Shown here in pieces: positions 19,276 to 29,281 of a stretch of 64,000 nucleotides of DNA. Below the pieces are notes generated by a model. It was given only the letters and a program-made list of their open reading frames with translations, had not been told where the DNA came from and did no database searches. The stretch's first letter is position 1. Every line of letters begins with the position of its first letter. This stretch comes from Duncaniella sp. (GTDB lineage Bacteria > Bacteroidota > Bacteroidia > Bacteroidales > Muribaculaceae): contig JAMPEV010000001.1 in assembly GCA_023664955.1 (NCBI GenBank), forward strand, positions 1,360,188 to 1,424,187. Reading direction: 5' to 3'. The translations under genes were made by a program, and so were the position numbers.

Positions 19276-21135
19276 TCAGTGTTTTCTCGCGCCAAATATA
19301 ATTGTGTTGGATTGCAGCATTCTCTCTTCGAGATACTTCCTATCCTGGGGAATATAGCCTCTCAGATAGCGCTCCATGACCAGCGCACCGATTGGCACAC
19401 CGAACGTGGCGCCGAAACCGGCATTTTCCACATACACTGCCACAGCGATTTTAGGATTATGGTAAGGTGCGAAACCCATGAACGCCGAGTGGTCCTTACC
19501 ATGCGGATTCTGAGCCGTACCGGTTTTTCCACACACCTCAATATCAGTAAGATTAGCTATTCTACAAGTACCTCCTGTCACCGCCATGCGCATTCCTTCG
19601 GCGATGTCTTCATACCAATGTGATGAAATTGTCGGGACATGCTTTTGAAGATATTCCGATGGCACGACAGTGTCCTGTATCTCCTTCACCACATGAGGAG
19701 TGATAAAATGCCCGCGGTTAGCAATTGTGGCACAAAGATTGGCAATCTGCAGCGGAGTGGCAAGAATCTCACCCTGACCGATTGCAACAGAGATAATCGT
19801 GTTAGCACTCCAATGCCCTGCTCCATACCATTTATTGTAGAAATCCACATTGGGGATAAAGCCTCGATATTCACCCGGCAAATCTACGCCAAGTTTATAA
19901 CCGTAACCCATTGACACCATGTGCTTTTTCCATATATCAAACGCATTAGCCGAACTTCCGTACTTGCTGCGCTTATCAATCATGGCCTTAAAACCCCAAC
20001 AGAAATAAGCGTTGCATGAGGTCTGGAGAGCCGGCTTTAGGGCAAGAGGAGAACCATGACCGTGGCATCCCACTCTAAGTCCGCCGGAAATAAATCCATG
20101 CGAGCAAGGGAACATGGTACCGGTATTAATAATACCCTCTTCGAGAAGAATAAGACCCTGAGTAGGTTTAAACGTCGAGCCCGGAGGATAAGTGGCCTGT
20201 ATAGCACGGTTAAAAAGGGGCTTATCCAGGTTTTTCATCATCTTATTGTAGTTATTACCACGCTCACGTCCAATTAGCAAGCTGGGGTCGTAGGTAGGAG
20301 CTGACACTAAGCAAAGGATTTCACCCGTCTCAGGTTCAATGGCTACCACTGCTCCTTTTTTATTCATCATCAACGACTCAGCATATTGCTGAAGCTCGAT
20401 ATTGAGACTGAGTTTGATATTTTTACCTGCAACAGCATCTCGGTCAAGAGCACCCTCCTCATATCGGCCCTGTATACGCCCAAGGGCGTCGCGCATAAGC
20501 ACTTCCACTCCCTTGTTACCACGCAGATATTCCTCGTAGGTATGTTCTACACCAATGTCACCGATATAATCGCCAGGCATATAATAACCATCCTTATCGA
20601 TATCCTTTTGGGAAACTTCTCGAATATTGCCAAGAACATTTGCGGCACTCTTGTAATTATATTCTCGCAGGATACGCTTCTGGATATAAAAACCCGGAAA
20701 ACGGTAAAGTTTCTCCTGCAGGCGTCCATACTCCTCGGCAGTCAGATGGGTCAAAAGTTTTTGAGGCGAATAAGTAGAATAGCCGGGATTACGACGAGTA
20801 TCCTTCATATCAACAATCCTCTTCCTGAGATCCTCAGGAGTGATATTTATGGCACGACAAAAGTCGATGGTATCAAATTCCTTAACGTCACGGGGAATCA
20901 TCATCACATCATAGGCCGGTTGATTATACACCACCAATCGTCCGTCACGGTCATAAATTATGCCTCGTGAAGGGTACACGGCTTTTCTAAGGAAAGCGTT
21001 GGAATCAGCGTAATCCTTATATTTTGAGTCTGACACCTGAAGGCTAAACAACCTGACAATATATATCAAGGCGATAATCGTGATAAAACCGCCTATGACA
21101 TAGCGTCGTTTTTCAAGATTATAGTCTTTTCTCAC
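19276..21135 (-). CDS. mrdA: Penicillin-binding protein 2
   Basis: PGSTFK, SCN and KTGTAQ motifs, between mreD and rodA. Confidence 0.96.
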   Translation of the reverse strand: MRKDYNLEKRRYVIGGFITIIALIYIVRLFSLQVSDSKYKDYADSNAFLRKAVYPSRGIIYDRDGRLVVYNQPAYDVMMIPRDVKEFDTIDFCRAINITPEDLRKRIVDMKDTRRNPGYSTYSPQKLLTHLTAEEYGRLQEKLYRFPGFYIQKRILREYNYKSAANVLGNIREVSQKDIDKDGYYMPGDYIGDIGVEHTYEEYLRGNKGVEVLMRDALGRIQGRYEEGALDRDAVAGKNIKLSLNIELQQYAESLMMNKKGAVVAIEPETGEILCLVSAPTYDPSLLIGRERGNNYNKMMKNLDKPLFNRAIQATYPPGSTFKPTQGLILLEEGIINTGTMFPCSHGFISGGLRVGCHGHGSPLALKPALQTSCNAYFCWGFKAMIDKRSKYGSSANAFDIWKKHMVSMGYGYKLGVDLPGEYRGFIPNVDFYNKWYGAGHWSANTIISVAIGQGEILATPLQIANLCATIANRGHFITPHVVKEIQDTVVPSEYLQKHVPTISSHWYEDIAEGMRMAVTGGTCRIANLTDIEVCGKTGTAQNPHGKDHSAFMGFAPYHNPKIAVAVYVENAGFGATFGVPIGALVMERYLRGYIPQDRKYLEERMLQSNTIIFGARKH

Positions 21136-21640
21136 TTCTTGTAGTCATTAAACTGTCAATTGCTACCATAAGTGCCATCGAAAGCGCAGTGCTTGTGACT
21201 ATTCGAAGCACTAATCGCAACGGATTAAAGAAAGTAAAGGCTTCAATTAAAAAAATTAATGTACAGTAAAGTAACGTCATTGTAAGGAGATACTTCATGT
21301 AAGTAGAGGTGCCAAGGGAGTACATTGATGGCTCAGGGCGGGTCAAATCCTCTTCACGGGGGACGTAAAGGCGGAGAATGGGACGACGAAACATTGCGAG
21401 AATCGTGCATGACAAGGCGTTCATTCCATACGTATCAGAGAATACATCGACTATAAGTCCAAGGAAGAATGATATTGTAAGAAGCCAATTAATTGACAAT
21501 GTGATAGGTAGACGAATGATTAAATAGAAAAAAACCATTGGCACAGCCACATTGAACAAGCAGATGTGATTAAACACCACCACTTGCGCAATAACCAATA
21601 TGAACCCTAACAATATGAATTGTAATGCGGTTTTACTCAT
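21119..21640 (-). CDS. mreD: Rod shape-determining protein MreD
   Basis: Hydrophobic multi-TM protein with GL.VD.FSDT.GMNA, in the expected operon position. Confidence 0.9.
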   Translation of the reverse strand: MSKTALQFILLGFILVIAQVVVFNHICLFNVAVPMVFFYLIIRLPITLSINWLLTISFFLGLIVDVFSDTYGMNALSCTILAMFRRPILRLYVPREEDLTRPEPSMYSLGTSTYMKYLLTMTLLYCTLIFLIEAFTFFNPLRLVLRIVTSTALSMALMVAIDSLMTTRSEKRL

Positions 21641-21676
21641 GCCTGGTATAATTCACATTTATTATTAAACGTCCGA

Positions 21677-22531
21677 TTAATTAATGTTCTTTATCTCGGG
21701 ATCCTTTTCCACAATCCCAAGCTCATCCTTCATCTTGTCACGTATCACCCTGACTGTTGAGAGTGTCGTAAAGTCAGTGAACAACTTAACACGCAGAGTG
21801 TAGAAGTTATCCTCCCTGTCACGTGTGCCTGAAAGGATTGTTCCTACCGGGACACCCTCGGGGAACACCGAAGAGAATCCGCTCGTCACAATCGTGTCAC
21901 CTTTAACGAATTTCGCATGCTTAGGCAACTCCTCCAGTATAGCTTCACCCGGATCATTTCCGTCCCATACGAGAGAACCCACCTGATCCTCCCCTTTCAC
22001 CTTGCATGAAAGACGGAGATAAGGATTGAGCACTGAGATAAGTCGTGCCGTGTGATCACCCACCACATTCACCACTCCAACAATACCGTTCTGGTCAATC
22101 ACTCCCATCTCAGGTTCCACCCCGTCGAGGCGGCCTTTTTCGATGGTGATGTAGTTGTGGGCACGAGTCGTGGAATTGTTGATCACATGAGCTATCAGGA
22201 AAGAATACCGTGTGAGGGCAGAGTCAACTGTCATAGTGTCAGCATAAATCTGCTGCTGATAATCACGTATCACATCCTTCAGACGGTAAATCTCCAACTC
22301 AAGGTCGGAATTACGACGCTGCAAATCTTCATTTATCTCGCGTAAAGAAAAATAGGATGTCACATTATTTGTCGCACCGTAAACTCCTGACGACACAACA
22401 TTTGCCGATGTTAAATAGACATGGTGCTGAAAAGGATTGGACGAAAATAGGAGTACTAATCCGGCCACAATATACAGCGCAAACAGAAACCATGAACTAT
22501 ACTTAACAAGAAACTTTAATAATTCGCTCAC
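21677..22531 (-). CDS. mreC: Rod shape-determining protein MreC
   Basis: TM plus coiled coil, GIVG.V, GDTIVTSG.S.VFPEG.PVG. Confidence 0.93.
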   Translation of the reverse strand: MSELLKFLVKYSSWFLFALYIVAGLVLLFSSNPFQHHVYLTSANVVSSGVYGATNNVTSYFSLREINEDLQRRNSDLELEIYRLKDVIRDYQQQIYADTMTVDSALTRYSFLIAHVINNSTTRAHNYITIEKGRLDGVEPEMGVIDQNGIVGVVNVVGDHTARLISVLNPYLRLSCKVKGEDQVGSLVWDGNDPGEAILEELPKHAKFVKGDTIVTSGFSSVFPEGVPVGTILSGTRDREDNFYTLRVKLFTDFTTLSTVRVIRDKMKDELGIVEKDPEIKNIN

Positions 22532-22605
22532 AAAAGTTCACTTCTTAACATGTAACCAGTTTAGAACTGCACACACTAAAGGACGACTACATTATAATCG
22601 ACTTT

Positions 22606-23625
22606 TTATCGAATCAAAAATGAGAAAGTCTCGATATTCTTAAGAGCCACACCTGTACCCTTTGCCACACAAAGCAGAGGATCCTCGGCGATGTGGAACT
22701 GGATACCAATCTTATCAGTGAGACGCTTGTCAAGTCCGCGAAGCATAGCACCACCGCCGGCAAGGAAGATACCATTCATCACGATATCGGAATACAGTTC
22801 AGGAGGAGTCTCGTCAAGTGCCTGAAGCACTGCTGCTTCAATACGTGAAATTGACTTCTCGATACAGTGGGAAATTTCTTGATATGAAACAGGGACTTCC
22901 ATTGGTAGCGCAGTCATCTTGTTAGGACCATGCACGATGAAATCCTCCGGTGGATTTTCAAGTTCGGTAAGGGCTGAACCGACATGAATCTTGATTTGCT
23001 CAGCTGTGCGCTCGCCTACTTTGACATTGTGTACACGTCCCATGTGTTCCATAATATCATCTGTTAGGTCATCACCGGCCACCTGGATACTCTTATTTGA
23101 CACGATACCGCCAAGGGAAATTACGGCGATTTCAGTGGTACCGCCACCTATATCTACAATCATATTTCCCTGAGGCGCAAGTACATCAATACCGATACCA
23201 AGGGCGGCAGCCATAGGCTCATAAATCATATAGACATCACGGCCGCCAGCATGCTCCGAAGAGTCGCGCACGGCACGGATTTCTACTTCTGTAGAGCCGG
23301 ACGGGATACCGACCACCATCTTCATTGAGGGAGAGAACCAGTTGCTCTTTGAGCTTGCTTTCTTGATAAGACCGCGAATCATCATTTCGGCGGCGTTAAA
23401 GTTAGCAATCACACCCTTACGGAGCGGGCGTATGGTTTCGATACCATCATTCTCCTTACCCTGCATCAGTTTTGCTTCACGACCCACTGCAATGAGCTTG
23501 CCGGTACGCTTCTCCAATGCCACGATAGATGGCTCGTCGATAACGATCTTATCGTTGTGTATTATAATCGTATTGGCTGTTCCTAAGTCAATTGCGATTT
23601 CCTTTGTAAAAGAAAATAATCCCAT
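22606..23625 (-). CDS. mreB: Actin-like MreB
   Basis: IDLGTANT, EPMAAA, DIGGGTTE and LAGGGA. Confidence 0.97.
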   Translation of the reverse strand: MGLFSFTKEIAIDLGTANTIIIHNDKIVIDEPSIVALEKRTGKLIAVGREAKLMQGKENDGIETIRPLRKGVIANFNAAEMMIRGLIKKASSKSNWFSPSMKMVVGIPSGSTEVEIRAVRDSSEHAGGRDVYMIYEPMAAALGIGIDVLAPQGNMIVDIGGGTTEIAVISLGGIVSNKSIQVAGDDLTDDIMEHMGRVHNVKVGERTAEQIKIHVGSALTELENPPEDFIVHGPNKMTALPMEVPVSYQEISHCIEKSISRIEAAVLQALDETPPELYSDIVMNGIFLAGGGAMLRGLDKRLTDKIGIQFHIAEDPLLCVAKGTGVALKNIETFSFLIR

Positions 23626-23658
23626 GATTTTGAGAGGTTTGTATTTAAAAACGGTTGA

Positions 23659-23687
23659 GATGCGTCAATACTGAAAATTGACGCATC
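23659..23687 (-). terminator. Stem-loop between purH and mreB
   Basis: GATGCGTCAAT / ATTGACGCATC 11-bp stem, with a U-run a few nt downstream on the minus strand. Confidence 0.6.
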
Positions 23688-23706
23688 CTCTTTCCGTAGG
23701 TTATTT

Positions 23707-25251
23707 TTAATGTTTGAAGTGGCGGAAACCTGTTATCACCATTGCCATCTCATGAGCGTTGCAATAATCCACGCTCTCTTGGTCACGAATTGAGCCTCCG
23801 GGGTGGATAACGGCAGTGACACCTGCATTGCCAGCGATTTCCACACAGTCGGGGAATGGGAAGAAAGCATCTGAGGCCATAACAGCTCCGTGGAGGTCAA
23901 AACCGAATGAGTGAGCCTTTTCAATCGCCTGCTTAAGGGCATCTACACGAGAAGTCTGCCCAACACCGCTTGCGAGTAGCATACCATTCTTTGCAAGGAC
24001 TATTGAATTGCTCTTTGAGTTCTTTACAATCTTGTTGGCAAAAAGTAAATCGGCGACTTGCTCCGGAGTCACGCCAAGAGTTGTTACTTGCTTAAGATCA
24101 TCGGGAGTCTCAATCTTGAGGTCTCTCTCCTGCACAAGGGCGCCGTTTAGAATCGAGCGGAACTGACGAGTGGTGGTGAGAGGGGATTTTTGAACCAATA
24201 TGATTCGGTTCTTCTTCTGTTTAAGAACTTCGAGAGCTCCATTAGTGTAAGCTGGCGCGATGATGACTTCAAAGAAAATCTTATTGATTTCATCAGCCGC
24301 GACCTCATCCACCGTGCCATTTGTAATCAGTACGCCTCCGAAGGCGCTTACAGGATCACCGGCCAAGGCATCCTTCCAAGCCTCAACGATGGTGGGACGA
24401 GTAGCGAGTCCACAAGCATTGTTATGCTTTAGAATTGCAAAAGTCGGGTCCTGGAATTCAGAAATCAATGACACTGCAGCGTCAATGTCAAGGAGATTGT
24501 TGTAAGAAATTTCCTTACCATGAAGCTGGTCAAACATCGCATTGAAGTCGCCAAAGAAAGTACCTTTCTGATGAGGATTTTCTCCATATCGCATCTTTTT
24601 TGCATCATCAAATGCGATGCGAAGTTCCTCAGTCGATTCGATAGGCGATTCAACTTCAGTAGAAGCGAAATAGTTGAAAATATCAGTATCGTAACCTGAT
24701 GACACGGCGAAAGCCTGAGTCGCAAACCAACGACGCTCTTCGAGCGAGGACTCAGCTCCATTACGAGTTAGCATATCGGAAAGGGGCTTATACTGTGCCT
24801 TTGACGCTACAATTACAACATCTTTGAAATTCTTAGCCGCCGCACGGATAAGTGAGATACCACCTATGTCAATTTTTTCGATAATGTCAGCTTCAGATGC
24901 ACCAGATGCCACAGTGGCACTAAAGGGATAGAGGTCAACAATCACAAGATCGATCTCGGGGATTTCGTACTGTGCTATCTGGGCACGGTCGCCATCATTC
25001 TCGCGACGGTTAAGTATTCCGCCAAACACTTTAGGGTGCAAAGTCTTAACTCGACCTCCAAGTATAGAAGGATATCCGGTAAGGTCCTCCACGGCATCAC
25101 ATTGATAGCCAAGACTTTCAATAAACGAGCGCGTACCACCTGTTGACAAGAATTTAACACCATCAGCACTGAGTTTTGACAATATCTCTTCGAGGCCATC
25201 TTTGTAGAACACAGAGATTAAAGCCGTTTTTATTCTTTTATTTTCTGACAT
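23707..25251 (-). CDS. purH: Bifunctional AICAR formyltransferase / IMP cyclohydrolase
   Basis: [35 protein letters not shown] and RHFKH. Confidence 0.97.
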   Translation of the reverse strand: MSENKRIKTALISVFYKDGLEEILSKLSADGVKFLSTGGTRSFIESLGYQCDAVEDLTGYPSILGGRVKTLHPKVFGGILNRRENDGDRAQIAQYEIPEIDLVIVDLYPFSATVASGASEADIIEKIDIGGISLIRAAAKNFKDVVIVASKAQYKPLSDMLTRNGAESSLEERRWFATQAFAVSSGYDTDIFNYFASTEVESPIESTEELRIAFDDAKKMRYGENPHQKGTFFGDFNAMFDQLHGKEISYNNLLDIDAAVSLISEFQDPTFAILKHNNACGLATRPTIVEAWKDALAGDPVSAFGGVLITNGTVDEVAADEINKIFFEVIIAPAYTNGALEVLKQKKNRIILVQKSPLTTTRQFRSILNGALVQERDLKIETPDDLKQVTTLGVTPEQVADLLFANKIVKNSKSNSIVLAKNGMLLASGVGQTSRVDALKQAIEKAHSFGFDLHGAVMASDAFFPFPDCVEIAGNAGVTAVIHPGGSIRDQESVDYCNAHEMAMVITGFRHFKH

Positions 25252-25368
25252 AGGGTATCTATTGGTTTTATGAGTGCAAAATTAAAGAAAATAACTCAGT
25301 ATATCAAAGTTATCGGGATGAAAAAATGTTATATAACATAAAAATTTCACGAACAGGAAGAATCAAAT

Positions 25369-25404
25369 AAAAAAAGGTTGTCGAGGTCTGAGACCGGGAC
25401 AACC
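25369..25404 (-). terminator. rpsO intrinsic terminator
   Basis: Minus strand GGTTGTCCCGGTC-TCA-GACCTCGACAACC followed by T7. Confidence 0.75.
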
Positions 25405-25435
25405 AATTGTAATCTTCAAGTAGCGTCTTATCGAC

Positions 25436-25711
25436 TTACTTTCTGATACCGAGCTCCTTCTGGGCGATGATGGCACGGTAGCGGTTGATGTCCTTACGAA
25501 TAAGATAATCCAAGAGGCGACGACGCTTACCTACCAAAGCCTTGAGAGCTCTCGCAGTCGTATAATCTTTGTGATTTGACTTGAGGTGCTCAGTCAAATG
25601 AGCAATACGGACAGAGAATAATGCAATCTGTGCTTCAGGAGAGCCAGTGTCAGTCTTGCCCTTACCGTACTTCTCAAAGATTTCTACTTTTTCATCAGAG
25701 TTCAAATGCAT
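25436..25711 (-). CDS. rpsO: 30S ribosomal protein S15
   Basis: DTGSPEAQIAL, HLTEHLK.NHKD and LVGKRRRLLDYL. Confidence 0.97.
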   Translation of the reverse strand: MHLNSDEKVEIFEKYGKGKTDTGSPEAQIALFSVRIAHLTEHLKSNHKDYTTARALKALVGKRRRLLDYLIRKDINRYRAIIAQKELGIRK

Positions 25712-25908
25712 TGATACAGATGTTTAAAGTGATTAATAGATATAATTTGCTCTAAAAAGCGCACAAAGGTAGCGATTTTTCTCTACTCTGCCAACTTTTT
25801 TAGGCATATTTGTTAAAATCGATTGGAAAATTTCATTATTTGAGCGTCAAATTTCACATATTTCTTGAAGCTCACTTGCTCAATCCCCCCTAATCCACTT
25901 AGCGACGA

Positions 25909-26244
25909 TTAATCGAGTTCGAGATTTTCCTTTGTGGGGTTGCGGAAATGGATTTTATGGTCGAGATATTCCTGGGTAGCGATGAGGGTTGGCTTGGGAA
26001 GTCGCTCATAGAAGCGAGAAATCTCGATCTGTTCACGGTTTTCGGAAATCTCCTCAAGATTGTCGTTCACAGAGCCAAATTCCTGAAGTTTCTTCTCAAG
26101 GTCGTGCTTCATTTCGCCAGCTATCTGATTGGCGCGCTTTGCGATTATGCAGACAGTCTCATAAACGTTGCCAGTGTCTTCGCTCATCTGGATAAGGTCG
26201 CGTGTCTGGGTGTTGAGCGGAGCATTAGTCTTCTTGTAGTCCAT
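25909..26244 (-). CDS. rpoZ: RNA polymerase omega subunit (Bacteroidota type)
   Basis: TGNVYE...IAKRANQI and ENREQIEISRFYERLPKP, located downstream of bamD. Confidence 0.9.
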   Translation of the reverse strand: MDYKKTNAPLNTQTRDLIQMSEDTGNVYETVCIIAKRANQIAGEMKHDLEKKLQEFGSVNDNLEEISENREQIEISRFYERLPKPTLIATQEYLDHKIHFRNPTKENLELD

Positions 26245-26280
26245 TTTTCTTTATTATGAGTTTAGATTTTTCGATGTTTA

Positions 26281-27081
26281 TTATTCTTTGACATATCGCT
26301 GAGCAATCTTGAGGATATTGTCAGCTTCCTCTCGGTTGGGTGTGTCCGGATAGTTATTGACATAGGAGTAATATTCGTCAATCACCTCCCTGAAACGATC
26401 GGCTTTCTTTTCGTCGACACTTTCCTTGGCCTCTTGGTAGCGAGCCTTCAGGATGAGAAGTTCAAGATCCTCTTTATATTTCGAGTAGGGATAATCTTTA
26501 ATGGCATTACGGGCCACAATTATAGCACTTTCATAATTATTGCCAAGATAAGTCCCTAAGTTATAATATAATTGGGCATTTTCAAGTTGCTTCAAAGTCA
26601 GTTTATCCTGAAGTTCAAATATTGCATTTTGGGCAATTGAAACTTTATCACTTCTGGGGAAATAGTCAAGAAACGCCTGAAGTTCCTGAATAGCCTTAAC
26701 GGTTCCTGACTGGTCAAGCTGTGGCTCCGGCGAGTCAAGATAATATCCATAACCGGCATAGAAACGTGCGAGTTCGGTGTATTTTCCTTTCGGATAACGA
26801 GCATAATATGTCTTAAAATACTGGCCGGATGTCTCATAATCCTTATTTTCGTAATTTGATAATGCGAGAAGATACAGAGAATCCTCAGCCTTATCGGAGC
26901 CCTTGAACTGTGTCACGATGTCGGAAAGCACAGTGGCTGCCTGGGTATATTTTTTCTCCTCGAATGCGCGCTTGGCAAAGTCAAGTTTGTAGTCGGCGTC
27001 TGTGCTTTTTAGCACATGCTGATATTCTCCGCATGAGGTCAATGATATAGCTGCGAGCAGTGTATATATATATTTGCGCAT
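26281..27081 (-). CDS. bamD: Outer-membrane assembly lipoprotein BamD
   Basis: Lipobox LTSC, TPR repeats, SPEPQLDQ and YESAII. Confidence 0.93.
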   Translation of the reverse strand: MRKYIYTLLAAISLTSCGEYQHVLKSTDADYKLDFAKRAFEEKKYTQAATVLSDIVTQFKGSDKAEDSLYLLALSNYENKDYETSGQYFKTYYARYPKGKYTELARFYAGYGYYLDSPEPQLDQSGTVKAIQELQAFLDYFPRSDKVSIAQNAIFELQDKLTLKQLENAQLYYNLGTYLGNNYESAIIVARNAIKDYPYSKYKEDLELLILKARYQEAKESVDEKKADRFREVIDEYYSYVNNYPDTPNREEADNILKIAQRYVKE

Positions 27082-27083
27082 GG

Positions 27084-27122
27084 CGTTATATTACGTCGTT
27101 ATATTACGTCGTTAATTTGCGT
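27084..27122. repeat. 3 x 13-bp tandem repeat immediately upstream of the bamD start
   Basis: CGTTATATTACGT CGTTATATTACGT CGTTAATTTGCGT. Confidence 0.75.
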
Positions 27123-27307
27123 GATTACTTTATTACGTTACCCTGTGGGGTATGGATTTCAACTTGCAAAATTAACTATTTTCCGTAAATAATGTGGACT
27201 TTCCCCTCATTATTTTTTTTATTTTTATAATATTTTATCAAAAAAGTGGCCTTACCATATAAATTAGGTACAAATGTATTAAATTTGCATTACAAAAACA
27301 TCATGCC

Positions 27308-28813
27308 ATGACTCGCTATTTTTCTATATTATGCATCCTAATTTTATTATTAAGCAATAACACATCCTCATCCGCCATCCCCAAACGGGAGTTTAGAGGT
27401 GTGTGGGTGGCCACTGTGTGGGGTCTTGACTGGCCTTCCCAGACAGGGAACTCTAAATCCATCCGACAACGCCAAAAGGATGAGCTAATAAATATGTTAG
27501 ACCGGTTTGAATCAATGAACTTCACCACAGTGTGCTTTCAAGTACGTTCAATGGGTGATGTGATGTACGACTCAAACCTTGAGCCTTGGTCTTCGTTTCT
27601 TACGGGCAAACGAGGTGAGAATCCGGGATGGGATCCGCTGGAGTTCGTTGTTGACGAATGTCACAACCGTGGTTTGGAATGTTACGCCTGGGTTAATCCG
27701 TTCCGCTGGAGCACAGGCACTGACTATTCTACGCCCCAGGATAATGAATGGAAAAAACGCGGTTGGCTTCTAAAGCATGGCAAGTATACAGTGTTCAATC
27801 CCGGGCGCGAAGATGTACGCCAACACGTGGTGGACATATGCCGTGAGATTGTGTCCGGCTACGAGGTCGATGGCTTGATTTTCGACGATTATTTCTATCC
27901 CAATCGTATTCCTGAGACATCCGATATGCCTGATTTTCAAGATTACATAAATGAGACCCCATGGGTATCCTTCGGTGATTGGCGGAGAGCGAATGTGCAT
28001 AAGGCTATTGCTGATGTTTATGCGATGATTGAGGAAGAACGGCCCGATATTGTTTTCGGTATTTCCCCTGCAGGAGTGGCAGGTAAGCATGACACATCCT
28101 CTTCAAAGTGGGGAATGGATCCGATTTCGGTCAAGGCTTCCGATTGGCAATATAACGAGATATATTCCGATCCCTTAGGGCTCCTCTATGAACACACCAT
28201 CGATTTCATCTCTCCACAGATTTATTGGCACACAGACCATGCTTTGGCGCCTTACGAGCCTATCGCAAAATGGTGGAGCGAGGCTGCAAACCTCTATGGA
28301 CGGCACTTTTACGGAAGTGTGACCCTTGAACATGTGGGTAGCAGCAATACAGCACAAAACCGTAACCAGATTCTCGAACAGGTGGGACACAATCGCTCGT
28401 CAAGCCTCGACGGAAATAGCGGTGTGATATTGTACAGTGCCAAAAATCTACCAAAAATCCAAAATGACTTGATGTCAGAAACGTTCAGCCATCCGGTCCT
28501 CACCCCGGCAATGCCATGGAAACACCAGTTCACCTATTCAGCACCTAAAGGATTGAAAATTAGCGATGGAGTCCTGTCATGGAATCCCGTAGAGCCTGAG
28601 GACATTGAACTTGTCAGGTATACCGTATACGCTATCCCTGCCGATGTTCCGCTGGATAAAGCTATGGATGAATTTGATGATGGCATTAAGGGGGAATACT
28701 TATTAGGCATCACATATCAAAATGAGAAGAAGGTTCCGAAGGGAAATTACACATACGCTGTGTGCACATACTCTCCTCAGTCAATTGAGTCAAACCCGAC
28801 TTTCCTTCGTTAA
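27308..28813 (+). CDS. Glycosyl hydrolase-like 10 (GHL10, YddW/DigH-type) protein
   Basis: REFRGVWVATV..LDWP, FQVR, AWVNPFR, FDDYFYP, FGISPAG and PQIYW, plus an Fn3-like C-terminus. Confidence 0.88.
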   Translation: MTRYFSILCILILLLSNNTSSSAIPKREFRGVWVATVWGLDWPSQTGNSKSIRQRQKDELINMLDRFESMNFTTVCFQVRSMGDVMYDSNLEPWSSFLTGKRGENPGWDPLEFVVDECHNRGLECYAWVNPFRWSTGTDYSTPQDNEWKKRGWLLKHGKYTVFNPGREDVRQHVVDICREIVSGYEVDGLIFDDYFYPNRIPETSDMPDFQDYINETPWVSFGDWRRANVHKAIADVYAMIEEERPDIVFGISPAGVAGKHDTSSSKWGMDPISVKASDWQYNEIYSDPLGLLYEHTIDFISPQIYWHTDHALAPYEPIAKWWSEAANLYGRHFYGSVTLEHVGSSNTAQNRNQILEQVGHNRSSSLDGNSGVILYSAKNLPKIQNDLMSETFSHPVLTPAMPWKHQFTYSAPKGLKISDGVLSWNPVEPEDIELVRYTVYAIPADVPLDKAMDEFDDGIKGEYLLGITYQNEKKVPKGNYTYAVCTYSPQSIESNPTFLR

Positions 28814-28924
28814 TCAAATTTTAACACAAATTTCAACGTCAAGGTCATATTGTTGCCCAACCCATGAATTACCTTTGCGACATCGAAATAAAACATTAAT
28901 CACATTCAATAGAAGGTAAAAGTC

Positions 28925-29146
28925 ATGGAAAATCCTTTCATCATCTCAAAGCGTGTTATCAACACCATCAAATCTCTCTCGGCAGCTGACCGCGAGCCAA
29001 TCTGCAACGCCATGAGCATGGAGTTTATACTGGGACAAAATCCGCAGTCTACCCTCACACCTATGCAGAATGTGATTTATTCTATAATCCGATTCTACGT
29101 GAATCAGGACACCATACGCACCAACCAGGCGATGAAAATCTCATAA
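28925..29146 (+). CDS. Small hypothetical protein, DUF6291-like helical pattern
   Basis: 73-aa ORF with its own TACCTTTG box (28870-28877), an A-rich leader and a downstream terminator. The family resemblance is by eye only. Confidence 0.7.
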   Translation: MENPFIISKRVINTIKSLSAADREPICNAMSMEFILGQNPQSTLTPMQNVIYSIIRFYVNQDTIRTNQAMKIS

Positions 29147-29158
29147 AAACACACACAG

Positions 29159-29205
29159 ATGTCCGGCAAAAGGTTTATGGGTATCTCCTTTTACCGGACA
29201 TTTTC
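29159..29205. terminator. Terminator between the small ORF and convergent htpG
   Basis: ATGTCCGGCAAAAGG ... CCTTTTACCGGACAT followed by TTT. Confidence 0.7.
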
Positions 29206-29281
29206 TATTGAGAAGAAGTTGTATAAACTTATTCTAATTCAATCGACAGAATTTATCCAATGAAATGTCAATTGTCAATTG

